A stretch of 37,297 nt of DNA from Dehalococcoidia bacterium (GCA_041494685.1 JBGQBE010000028.1:1-37297), one strand, 5' to 3'. Shown: positions 1 through 8,065, counted from the stretch's first letter. Made by a program: numbers and translations. Notes: generated from the sequence alone by a model not told the origin.

Positions 1-28
1 AGGTTCCAGGTTCTAAGTTCTAGGTTCT
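1..28. repeat. Heptamer tandem repeat (AGGTTCT-like x4)
   Basis: Reads AGGTTCC AGGTTCT AAGTTCT AGGTTCT; the same family recurs at about 6845-6913, 8066-8089 and 13915-13938. Confidence 0.8.
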
Positions 29-35
29 TCGTCCC

Positions 36-67
36 GAAATGTGCCTGTAACATCGATCCGGTACAGT
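36..67 (+). promoter_or_regulatory. Possible glnII promoter with an actinobacterial GlnR-like box
   Basis: GAAAT-N6-GTAAC at 36-51, upstream of a TACAGT -10-like hexamer at 62-67. Confidence 0.3.
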
Positions 68-130
68 CTGGGTCGCGGGAGGAGACGGCGGCGGGGAGCC
101 GTCGCGAGTTCATCGATATGGAGCAGGCGA

Positions 131-1213
131 ATGGCTGGATATAAGGCGGAATACATCTGGATCGACGGCACGAAGCCGACGGCCAAGCTGCGGTCGAAGA
201 CGAAGATCGTCGCCAGGGGCGAGAAGCCGCCGATCTGGGGCTTCGACGGATCGAGCACGAACCAGGCGCCGGGGAAGAACTCCGACTGCGTGCTGAAGCC
301 GGCGTTCGTCTGCACGGACCCGATCCGCGGCGGCGACGACAAACTGGTGCTGTGCGAGGTGCTGCTCGTCGACATGACGCCGCATCCGACCAACACGCGC
401 GCGGCCTGCGCCGTGGTCGCGAAGAAGTACGCCAGCCACGACATGTGGTTCGGCATCGAGCAGGAGTACACCTTCTTCGAAGGCGCGAAGCCGCTGGGCT
501 GGCCGGACAACGGCTTCCCCGCGCCGCAGGGCGGCTACTACTGCGGCGTCGGCGCGGACGAGGTCTTCGGACGCGAGATCGTCGAGGCGCACACGACCGC
601 CTGCATGCAGGCCGGCCTGCAGATCGCCGGCACCAACGGCGAAGTGATGCCCGGCCAGTGGGAGTTTCAGATCGGCCCCGTCGGCCCGGTCGAGTGCTCC
701 GACCAGATGTGGGTGGCGCGCTGGCTGCTCTACCGCATCGCCGAGGACTTCGGCGTCGCCGCGACCCTGTACCCGAAGCCCGTCAAGGGCGACTGGAACG
801 GCGCCGGCGCGCACACGAACTTCTCCACGAAGGAGATGCGCACGTCGTACCAGCCGTGCGTGGACGCGGCCGAGGCGCTCGGCAAGAAGCACGACCTGCA
901 CATCGCCAACTACGGCTACGCCATCGAGGAGCGCCTGACGGGCCTCCACGAGACGGCGTCGTACAAGGAATTCACGTACGGCGTATCGGACCGCGGCGCG
1001 TCCGTGCGCATCCCCTGGCAGGTGGCCGTCGGCAAGAAGGGCTACATCGAGGACCGCCGGCCGAACGCCAACATGGATCCGTACGTCGTGACGCGGCTGA
1101 TCACCGACACGGTCTGCGGCGCCTTCGAGGCGAAGCGCGGCAAGCCGAAGGCCGCCGCAAAGCCGGCCGCACGCAAGGCCGCCCCGAAGAAGAAGGCCGT
1201 CGCCCGCCGGTAG
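131..1213 (+). CDS. glnII: Glutamine synthetase type II with Lys/Ala-rich C-terminal tail
   Basis: Motifs AEYIWIDG, WGFDGSSTNQA, PQGGYYCGVG, GEVMPGQWEFQ, GDWNGAGAHTNFST, ERLTGLHET and YIEDRRP; about 360 aa; start placed at ATG 131. Confidence 0.93.
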   Translation: MAGYKAEYIWIDGTKPTAKLRSKTKIVARGEKPPIWGFDGSSTNQAPGKNSDCVLKPAFVCTDPIRGGDDKLVLCEVLLVDMTPHPTNTRAACAVVAKKYASHDMWFGIEQEYTFFEGAKPLGWPDNGFPAPQGGYYCGVGADEVFGREIVEAHTTACMQAGLQIAGTNGEVMPGQWEFQIGPVGPVECSDQMWVARWLLYRIAEDFGVAATLYPKPVKGDWNGAGAHTNFSTKEMRTSYQPCVDAAEALGKKHDLHIANYGYAIEERLTGLHETASYKEFTYGVSDRGASVRIPWQVAVGKKGYIEDRRPNANMDPYVVTRLITDTVCGAFEAKRGKPKAAAKPAARKAAPKKKAVARR

Positions 1214-1235
1214 CGCACCGACCGAAGTTCGCAGG

Positions 1236-1266
1236 GCAAACGCCGCGGGACACCCGCGGCGTTTGC
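1236..1266 (+). terminator. Hairpin after glnII
   Basis: Inverted repeat GCAAACGCCGCGGG/CCGCGGCGTTTGC followed by TTGT. Confidence 0.55.
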
Positions 1267-1318
1267 TTGTCTCCGCCGCCGCAGGCGGTACGCTGCAGCG
1301 CACGAAAGGGGCACCACC

Positions 1319-2119
1319 ATGACCTACCGCGATCTCCAGTACGACGTCTCCGACAACATCGCCACCATCACACTCGACCGCCCGGAGCGGCTGAACGCCA
1401 TCAGCGGCGGCATGCTCGCGTCGTTCTCGCAGGCGCTCCGCGACGCGGGCCGCGACCGCGGCGTGCGCGCGATCATCCTCACGGGCGCGGGCAGGGGCTT
1501 CTGCGCCGGGCTCGACCTGAAGGAGCAAGGCGGCAGCGCCAACAGCAACAGCATCAACGGCAGCGGCGGTCTGCCGGCGCTCTTCGACCTGGCCGATAGC
1601 CCGCCCGTCGTCCTGCACCAGACCGACAAGCCCGTGATCTGCGCGCTCAACGGCGCCGCGGCCGGCTACGGCATGGACCTCGCGCTCGGTTGCGACATCC
1701 GCATCGCGTCGGACCAGGCGAAGCTCGCCGCCGTGTTCACGAAGCGCGGCGTCCTGCCCGAGAGCGGCGGCGCCTGGCTGCTGCCGCGGCTCGTCGGCTG
1801 GGCGAAGGCGGCGGAGATCGCCTTCGCGGGCCGCGTGCTCAACGCGCACGAGTCGCTGGAGCTGGGGCTGGTCAACCGCGTCGTGCCGCACGCGACGCTG
1901 ATGGACGAGACGCGCGCGCTCGCGGCTGAGATCGCCGCCAACGCGCCGCTCGCCGTGCAGGCGACGAAGCGGATGATGCGCATGTCGATGGACGAGACGT
2001 TCGAGGCGAACGTCGATCACGTCTACCTGCAGCTGATGCCGCTCTTCCGCTCGAAGGATTTCGCGGAGGGCGTGCAGGCGTTCATCGAGAAGCGTCCGCC
2101 AGTGTTCGAGGGGCGGTAG
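1319..2119 (+). CDS. Enoyl-CoA hydratase/isomerase (crotonase) family protein
   Basis: Motifs ITLDRPERLNA, GRGFCAGLDL, ALNGAAAGYG, LGCDIRIAS and C-terminal AFIEKRPPVFEG. Confidence 0.92.
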   Translation: MTYRDLQYDVSDNIATITLDRPERLNAISGGMLASFSQALRDAGRDRGVRAIILTGAGRGFCAGLDLKEQGGSANSNSINGSGGLPALFDLADSPPVVLHQTDKPVICALNGAAAGYGMDLALGCDIRIASDQAKLAAVFTKRGVLPESGGAWLLPRLVGWAKAAEIAFAGRVLNAHESLELGLVNRVVPHATLMDETRALAAEIAANAPLAVQATKRMMRMSMDETFEANVDHVYLQLMPLFRSKDFAEGVQAFIEKRPPVFEGR

Positions 2120-2147
2120 GCGGCCGATCGTCTGCCGCTGGTATGCG

Positions 2148-2174
2148 GAAAGCCCGCCGTTTCGGCGGGCTTTC
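2148..2174. terminator. Probable bidirectional intrinsic terminator
   Basis: GAAAGCCCGCCG-ttt-CGGCGGGCTTTC between convergent genes. Confidence 0.75.
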
Positions 2175-2315
2175 GTGTTGCCGGTGATCCGCCAACTGCG
2201 CCGCGCCGCAGCCGGCGGATCGTCGCTTGCGCGATGGTGGCCGTCCGCCGGCCGGGCTGCGGTGCGCGGGACGGGCGCGCGCTGGAAGCGCGACGCCCGC
2301 TGGGGCTCCCTTTGG

Positions 2316-2507
2316 TTAGGCCACGGGGCTCGCGTCGTCCATGTGGTCGTGCTCTACTTCCGCGTAGATCTCCTCCCGCATGACCTTCACGTTGCCGGGT
2401 GCCGTGATGCCGAGCTTCACGCGGTCGCGTTCCACGCTCAGCACCCTCACCCAGATGTCCCCCTGGATCCAGATCCCTTCCTGGGCTTTCCTCACGAGAA
2501 TAAGCAT
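2316..2507 (-). CDS. csrA: Carbon storage regulator CsrA (63 aa)
   Basis: MLILVRK...RVKLGITAPGNVKVMREEI matches the CsrA pattern; ATG at 2507. Confidence 0.9.
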   Translation of the reverse strand: MLILVRKAQEGIWIQGDIWVRVLSVERDRVKLGITAPGNVKVMREEIYAEVEHDHMDDASPVA

Positions 2508-2713
2508 CCTGCTGGTCTTTCCGTCCCGCCCCCTTGGCGGGTTCCGCCACCTGCCGCCCCCCCGCGGACTGGTCTGGCAGCCGTCCGGGCCCGATTCGTC
2601 CGTCAACTCTCCATAAGGAGCTTGACATTACTGCCGCGTTCGCGCTAACTAGGAACTCGATTACCGGATGGCAGAAGCCGGAAATGAGAAGGTAGACGTG
2701 CATTGCCGGAACT

Positions 2714-2753
2714 GAATTACCGGTATTGTAATTCTGCCGTAATAGCCTGTCAA
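2714..2753 (-). promoter_or_regulatory. Sigma70-type promoter for csrA with overlapping palindromic operator
   Basis: Minus strand TTGACA(2753-2748)-N17-TACAAT(2730-2725); perfect inverted repeat GAATTAC-N7-GTAATTC at 2714-2734. Confidence 0.75.
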
Positions 2754-2770
2754 GCGGGAGCACACATCTC

Positions 2771-3163
2771 GTGACAACCAAGTGGGGGCTGCTCACCAAC
2801 CACGCCCTGGTGCTCATTCACGTAGTCGAGCACCCGCGCTCGACGCTCCGCGACATCGCCGACTCCGCCGGCATCACGGAGCGCGCCACTCTGTCGCTGC
2901 TGCGCGCGCTCGAAGAAGACGCCATCGTGTCGCGGCGCCGCGAAGGGCGCCGCAACGTCTACACCGTGGACATCGACGCGCTGATGGCGCACCGCACCAA
3001 CGGCAGCTACAGCATCGCCCAGATCGCCAATGCGTTGTTCGCGCTCTCCGGCCGCATCCCGGGGCTGGAGCTGCCGCCCGGCATGCAGATCCTCGGCCGC
3101 GATGGCCGTGTTCCCAGGGGCGAGCAGGTTATCGACGACGGCGGCTCGCCGTTCCGTAAGTAG
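2771..3163 (+). CDS. Winged-helix transcriptional regulator (MarR/AsnC-like)
   Basis: WGLLTNHALVL...TLRDIADSAGITERA HTH and RRREGRRNVY wing; GGGAG RBS before GTG. Confidence 0.8.
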   Translation: MTTKWGLLTNHALVLIHVVEHPRSTLRDIADSAGITERATLSLLRALEEDAIVSRRREGRRNVYTVDIDALMAHRTNGSYSIAQIANALFALSGRIPGLELPPGMQILGRDGRVPRGEQVIDDGGSPFRK

Positions 3164-3170
3164 GCCGCCG

Positions 3171-3668
3171 CTACTCCACCTTGAAGTCGGCGCGCATCCC
3201 CTGCTGGTAGTGGTCGATCGCGCTGCCGTCCTCGCCCTTCTTGATCAGGCACGCCAGCTGGTAGCTGCCGCGCGCCAGCTCCAGCGTGATCGTGCCGCCC
3301 GACTGCGGGTTCATCGCCGCGATCTCACCCGCCTTCGACAGCGAGCCGTCGCCGCCGAACTTCAGGACCACGAACTGGTGCTTGCTGTCGGAGGCGGTGT
3401 TCGTGGCGATGAAGCGGATCACGCCTGCCTTCACGCTGCTCCTGTCCGGTGCGACGCTGTAGCTCGCCAGCGTGACCGCGACCGTCGCGTCCGGCGTCCG
3501 GCTCGTCGCGGCTGCGCCGGGCGTTGGCGGCGCGATCTCCGTGACGGCGGACGGCTGCGGCGTTACGGTGGCGCCGCCGGGCGTGGGCGCGCGACCGCCG
3601 CCGCTCGAGCATGCAGCCGCGAGTGCCAGCACCGTCGCCGCAACGGAAAAGGCCGCTGCCGTTCGCAT
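3171..3668 (-). CDS. Cupredoxin (blue-copper)-domain lipoprotein
   Basis: Lipobox LAAAC, Pro/Thr linker, His plus C-x12-H-x4-M type-1 copper-like ligands; GGAGG RBS. Confidence 0.75.
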   Translation of the reverse strand: MRTAAAFSVAATVLALAAACSSGGGRAPTPGGATVTPQPSAVTEIAPPTPGAAATSRTPDATVAVTLASYSVAPDRSSVKAGVIRFIATNTASDSKHQFVVLKFGGDGSLSKAGEIAAMNPQSGGTITLELARGSYQLACLIKKGEDGSAIDHYQQGMRADFKVE

Positions 3669-3766
3669 CGTCACACCTCCGCCGTCCGTCCTCGTAGCCG
3701 TCCGTTATAATCGAGCCAGGCCGCGTCAGGCCGTGTTCCTCAACGCAACATACGGGTTACGAGCGC

Positions 3767-4456
3767 ATGCCGCACAAGCCATCATCCACGATCGAAGACT
3801 ACCTGATGGAGATCTACGACCAGCGTTCGCGCGGCCGTGAGGTGATCGCCGCCCGGCTGACGGAGAAGATGGGCGTGGCCGCGCCCACAGTGTGGAACAC
3901 CGTGCACCGCATGGAGCGTGACGGCCTCGTCGACATCAGCGAATCGAAGGTGATCACGCTCACCGGCGCCGGGCAGCAGGCCGCGGAGTCGATCAAGCGG
4001 CGGCACCTCCTGACCGAGCGGCTGCTCGTCGACATCCTGGGCTTGGACTGGGCGGACGCGCACGAAGAGGCGCACCTCATCGAGCACACGATCACGCAGC
4101 GCGTCGAAGCGCGGATCATGGCGGTGCTGGGCAACCCCACGACCTGCCCGCACGGCAACCCGTTCCCGGGCCTCGACCCCGCGTCGCGCCCCAGGACGCG
4201 CCTGCTGGCGACGGCGCAGGCTGGCGACGAGTGGGAGATCGACGGCATCGAGGAGCCGGCCGAGGCGGATCACGACCTGATGACCTTCTACCAGCGCAAC
4301 GGTTTCTTGCCCGGCGCCCGCCTGAAAGTGCTGGAGGTGGCCGCCTACAACTCCACCATGACCGTCGAGATCGGCGGCGTCAGCGTCACGCTCGGCATGC
4401 CGGCGGCGGAGAGCCTGCGCATCGTCGTCGAGCGGCCCGCGGCCGTGCGCGCATGA
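3767..4456 (+). CDS. DtxR/MntR-family metal-dependent regulator with FeoA-like C-terminal domain
   Basis: Motifs EDYL, RRHLLTERLL, AHEEAHLIEH and CPHGNPFP; TATAAT at 3706-3711. Confidence 0.92.
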   Translation: MPHKPSSTIEDYLMEIYDQRSRGREVIAARLTEKMGVAAPTVWNTVHRMERDGLVDISESKVITLTGAGQQAAESIKRRHLLTERLLVDILGLDWADAHEEAHLIEHTITQRVEARIMAVLGNPTTCPHGNPFPGLDPASRPRTRLLATAQAGDEWEIDGIEEPAEADHDLMTFYQRNGFLPGARLKVLEVAAYNSTMTVEIGGVSVTLGMPAAESLRIVVERPAAVRA

Positions 4457-4974
4457 AGGCGCTCTGGCTCAAGTTCCTCGACTGGTTCACCCAGCGTCTC
4501 GGTATCGGCCGCAGCGTGATCCCGCGCGAGCCGGTGATGCTGCGGCCGATCGGCGTCGTCCGCAACGGCATCAAGCAGCCGCGCATGGACGGCTGGGAGT
4601 CGGTGCGCTCCGACCTGATCATCCGCGAAGATCTGACCGACGCGCTCGACGGCATCGAGGGGTACACGCACGTCATCGTCGTCTTCGCCTTCGACAAGGT
4701 GCCGGAGCTGGAGCAGCGCGAGCGCGTCCGCCCCCGCGGCGACGAGCGCATCCCGGAGCAGGGCGTGCTCGCGACGCGCAGCCAGGTGCGGCCCAGCCCG
4801 ATCGGCGTCTCCGTCGTGCGGCTGCTGCGGCGGCGCCGCAACATCCTGCGCGTCGACGGACTCGACGCGATCGATGGCACGCCCGTGCTGGACCTGAAGC
4901 CGTACTTCCCGAACTACGACGCCGTACCCGACGCCGGCGTCCCTGAATGGGCCCGCGCTCTCGAGCGCCGGTAG
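4453..4974 (+). CDS. tsaA: tRNA (N6-threonylcarbamoyladenosine37-N6)-methyltransferase TrmO/TsaA-like
   Basis: Motifs LRPIGVVRN, GVLATRSQVRPSPIGVS and LDAIDGTPVLDLKPY; ATGA overlap with the upstream gene. Confidence 0.85.
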   Translation: MKALWLKFLDWFTQRLGIGRSVIPREPVMLRPIGVVRNGIKQPRMDGWESVRSDLIIREDLTDALDGIEGYTHVIVVFAFDKVPELEQRERVRPRGDERIPEQGVLATRSQVRPSPIGVSVVRLLRRRRNILRVDGLDAIDGTPVLDLKPYFPNYDAVPDAGVPEWARALERR

Positions 4975-4984
4975 ACGCTGTTCC

Positions 4985-6001
4985 ATGTCCGACGAGTTCA
5001 CGCGGGAATACTCCGGCAGGCTCGGCGTGCTGACCGACGTCCAACTTCAGTCCGCACTGGCGCGCTTCGGATGCGGGACGTTGCTCGCGGCCGAGTCGGC
5101 GCCGGGCGGTCTTTTCGGGCAGAACGTCTTCCTCACCACCACGACCGGCAAGTACGTCCTGCGTGGCAACCCTCACTACGATGGCCAGTTCGAGAGGGAG
5201 CGGTACTTCTGCGGCCTGGTTCACGACCGGACGGAAGCGCGCGCTCCCTGGCCCTTCTTCATCGAGAAATCGGCCGAGATCTTCGGGTGGAGCTTCGCGC
5301 TCATGCCGCTGTTGTCCGGTGTGCACCTGTCCAACAGCCGTGTGCGTCAGTCGCTGACGGCCGAAGACCGCGTCGGCATCGCCGGCGCCATGGGGCGGCA
5401 CCTCACATTCATACAGCAGGCGAAATTCGACGCGCCCGCGGTATACGACCATCCGAGCGGCGACCTCGCGTCGCTCGGGCTGCCGTACGCGGACTGGTTC
5501 GTCGAACGCACGCGCGACTGGCTGCGGCGCTGCCTGCAGGCTTCCGCCGCCACAACGAGCGCCGACGAGGCGTGGGTCGAGTCCCTTATCGCGGCCGCGC
5601 ACCCTTCGTTGTGCGAGCCCTTCACGCCGGTGCTCGTGCACACCGATTACGCCGAGGGCAACGTGGTGGCGGAACGCGTGGGAGAAGGTTGGCAGATCTC
5701 CGGAGTCTTCGACCTTGGCGAAGCGTACGTCGGTGACGGCGACTACGATCTCGCGCGCCTGGCATGTGCGTATGGCCGCCCGGACGATGGCAGGCTGCGC
5801 GCCTTCGTCGACGCGTACACGGGCGGCTCGCCGCCGCGCACGGGTTTCCGCGAGCGGCTGGCGCTGTACATCGTCGCGGACCGCCTGATCATCCGGGAGT
5901 ACGGCCAGCGTAACGGCGTCTGGTTTACCGACCCGCAGCAGACCTTCCGCGCCTGGGCTGAGCTCTTCGTCGCGCTGGCGGAGGCCGCCGCGCGCGTCTG
6001 A
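4985..6001 (+). CDS. Aminoglycoside-phosphotransferase/choline-kinase-like protein
   Basis: Brenner-type motif LVHTDYAEGNV and FDLGEA...GDGDYDLA. Confidence 0.75.
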   Translation: MSDEFTREYSGRLGVLTDVQLQSALARFGCGTLLAAESAPGGLFGQNVFLTTTTGKYVLRGNPHYDGQFERERYFCGLVHDRTEARAPWPFFIEKSAEIFGWSFALMPLLSGVHLSNSRVRQSLTAEDRVGIAGAMGRHLTFIQQAKFDAPAVYDHPSGDLASLGLPYADWFVERTRDWLRRCLQASAATTSADEAWVESLIAAAHPSLCEPFTPVLVHTDYAEGNVVAERVGEGWQISGVFDLGEAYVGDGDYDLARLACAYGRPDDGRLRAFVDAYTGGSPPRTGFRERLALYIVADRLIIREYGQRNGVWFTDPQQTFRAWAELFVALAEAAARV

Positions 6002-6030
6002 GTGCGACCGCCGGTCCTGCTGACCAGCCG

Positions 6031-6825
6031 CTACGCCAGCCCCACCAGCGCGTCCAGGCCGATGATCATCTCCTGCCGCGTCATCACTTCGCGCGCCGCC
6101 AGGATGATGCCCGGCATATAGGAGTCGCGGCCGGTCGTGTCGTGACGGATCGACAGCGTCTGGCCCGTGCCGCCGAACAGCACCTCCTGGTGCGCGACGA
6201 GGCCCGGCAGCCGCACGCTGTGGATCGTGATGCCGTCGAGTTGCCCGTCGCGGGTGTGCGGCACTGGCGTCGCGTCCGGCACGTTGCGCGCGAACGGGCG
6301 CCCGCCGCGCGCCTCCAGCATGCCGCGCGCCGTCGCGATCGACGTGCCGGACGGCGCGTCCACCTTCTGGTCGTGGTGCAGCTCGATAATCTCGGCCGAA
6401 TCGAAGAAGCGCGCCGCCACCTTCGCCATGTGCATCATCAGCACCGCGCCGATCGCGAAGTTCGCCGCCAGCAGGCCGCCGAGCTTCCGCTCGCGGCACT
6501 CGCGCGCCAGCGCGTCCACGTACGCCTGGTCGAGGCCCGTCGTGCCGATCACTGGACGCACGCCGCGCGGCAGCGCCGCCGCCGTCAGCTCCGGCGTCCA
6601 GGCCGCGTTCGTGAAGTCGACGACGACGTCCGGCCGCGTCTCGTCGCAGGCCGCCGCCGCGTCGCGCAGCAGCGGCACCGCCGCCCCGGACGGCAGCGCG
6701 ATCGCGTCGCCGCTCGCCAGCTTGTCGACGCAACCCACCGGCGCGACGCCGTCCGCCGCGTCGAGTGCGTCGAGGATCGCGCGGCCCATCTTGCCGCTGC
6801 CGGAGACCAGTACCCGGATCGCCAT
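6031..6825 (-). CDS. dapB: 4-hydroxy-tetrahydrodipicolinate reductase
   Basis: Motifs GSGKMG, VIGTTG, ANFAIG, IIELHHDQKVDAPSGT and HQEVLFG. Confidence 0.95.
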   Translation of the reverse strand: MAIRVLVSGSGKMGRAILDALDAADGVAPVGCVDKLASGDAIALPSGAAVPLLRDAAAACDETRPDVVVDFTNAAWTPELTAAALPRGVRPVIGTTGLDQAYVDALARECRERKLGGLLAANFAIGAVLMMHMAKVAARFFDSAEIIELHHDQKVDAPSGTSIATARGMLEARGGRPFARNVPDATPVPHTRDGQLDGITIHSVRLPGLVAHQEVLFGGTGQTLSIRHDTTGRDSYMPGIILAAREVMTRQEMIIGLDALVGLA

Positions 6826-6843
6826 GCGGCCAGAGTACCCGAC

Positions 6844-6913
6844 CGCAGAACCAAGAACCTAGAACCTGGGCGTCATCGGAACAGGTTCTAGGTTCTTAGG
6901 TCTCGGTTCTGCG
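6844..6913. repeat. Inverted pair of heptamer arrays forming a long hairpin
   Basis: CGCAGAACCAAGAACCTAGAACCTG pairs with CAGGTTCTAGGTTCTT[AGGTCTC]GGTTCTGCG. Confidence 0.8.
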
Positions 6914-6920
6914 ACGCCAC

Positions 6921-6959
6921 GTGAAAAAGCGGACGCATCCGTATCGTCCGCTCTTTCAC
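6921..6959. terminator. Hairpin downstream of the 6987-7598 gene
   Basis: GTGAAAAAGCGGACG...CGTCCGCTCTTTCAC. Confidence 0.6.
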
Positions 6960-6986
6960 GACCGCATCCAGACGGGTATCTGGCGC

Positions 6987-7598
6987 TTATGCCGCGCGCT
7001 CGATGCGTTCCTGAGCCTCCTGCTCATCGTCCAGCTCGATGTCGAGCTGCTGCTGCACCGGCGTGCGTACGATGGAATCGATGTGGCGTCGGGTGGCGGC
7101 GCTCATCTGCACGGCCGCGCCGTTGACGATGATCTGCTCGCCTTCGCCGATCTGGGTGCCCTCGGTGTCGTACACCTGCGCCTTCCGCACAGCGAAGAAG
7201 CCCTGGATGGCGTTGCGCAGCGCCTGCGTCCGGTCGGCGCCCGGCGTAAGGACCATCGTGCCGCTGATCTGGAAGGGCGGCGCCATCAGCAGCGCCGGGA
7301 CGTCGGCCATCGTCGGCCGCACGACGTCATGGGTGAAGTGAGGGCCCTCGAAGTTCGCGAAGATGATCTGGTCGCGGCGCACGAGCATCGGCGCGTCGAG
7401 CTCGACCTGCGCCTGTGCGCGGTAGAGCGGCCGCACCGCAGGGTCGCGCAGCTCGATGTGGCGGGCGACGGCGGGGTTGTTCAGCGACTCCAGGAAGCGG
7501 CCCAGGTCGTGGATCCCGTCCGGGCGGCCGGAGGCGACGAACGCCGCCGTAACGACTTCGATGCGGACTTGGGGCAGCCTGCCCTCGAGCTTGCTCAT
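6987..7598 (-). CDS. Hypothetical protein, probably tandem DUF6812-like domains
   Basis: GGAGG RBS then MSKLEG; two similar beta-rich halves; family assignment is from recall only. Confidence 0.7.
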   Translation of the reverse strand: MSKLEGRLPQVRIEVVTAAFVASGRPDGIHDLGRFLESLNNPAVARHIELRDPAVRPLYRAQAQVELDAPMLVRRDQIIFANFEGPHFTHDVVRPTMADVPALLMAPPFQISGTMVLTPGADRTQALRNAIQGFFAVRKAQVYDTEGTQIGEGEQIIVNGAAVQMSAATRRHIDSIVRTPVQQQLDIELDDEQEAQERIERAA

Positions 7599-7795
7599 AG
7601 TGCCTCCGTGGCCCGGTCTTCCTGTACCGGCCCGTTGGAGGTGATTTTGGGGGGTAGCGCCTCGATCTGGCATCCGCGCCGACGCCTAAAGCTTGCGGCG
7701 GATACCCGTGCGGGAAACCCCGCGTACGGAGCGGCGGCGGTTACCACGACTGTCCGAGCGACGTGCCTGGTCGACGAGGAACACGCAGGTACCTC

Positions 7796-7852
7796 TTTTT
7801 CGTTATGTATTGCAAATCGAATCTGGTGGTGTACCTGTTTTGTAATTTCGAC
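7796..7852. repeat. 57-bp AT-rich dispersed element, copy A
   Basis: 53/57 identical to 36842-36898, same orientation. Confidence 0.9.
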
Positions 7853-7995
7853 TTTTCTCGACGGGACAAACGCAGGGGCGCGGAGGGTGCAGAGAAGCCG
7901 CTTGGGAGAGGGGGCGCGGGCGTGTCATAGCACCGCCGAGAACAGACGTGGGCTTCGCCGGCACATCGCCATGACCTCTCCATTCCGCAACGGCG

Positions 7996-8042
7996 AGACC
8001 ATATGTTCTACGAACGTACGCGAGGGTCCGGTGCGCTGTCAA
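7996..8042 (-). promoter_or_regulatory. Sigma70-like promoter with a LexA-like box
   Basis: Minus strand TTGACA-N18-TACGTT followed by AGAAC-ATAT-GGTCT, one mismatch to GAAC-N4-GTTC. Confidence 0.5.
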
Positions 8043-8065
8043 GTGCGTGGGATCACCCGGCGGGG

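Noticed and set aside
1236..1266. GGCAAAC start resembling a c-di-GMP-I riboswitch
   Set aside because: No GAAA tetraloop, receptor or second stem; it is a simple hairpin after a stop codon.
4985..6001. Aminoglycoside resistance gene
   Set aside because: Only generic kinase-fold motifs, with no mobile context or substrate evidence.
6844..6913. GAAC/GTTC heptamers as LexA boxes
   Set aside because: The half-sites are not spaced by 4 nt; the tandem repeat explains them.
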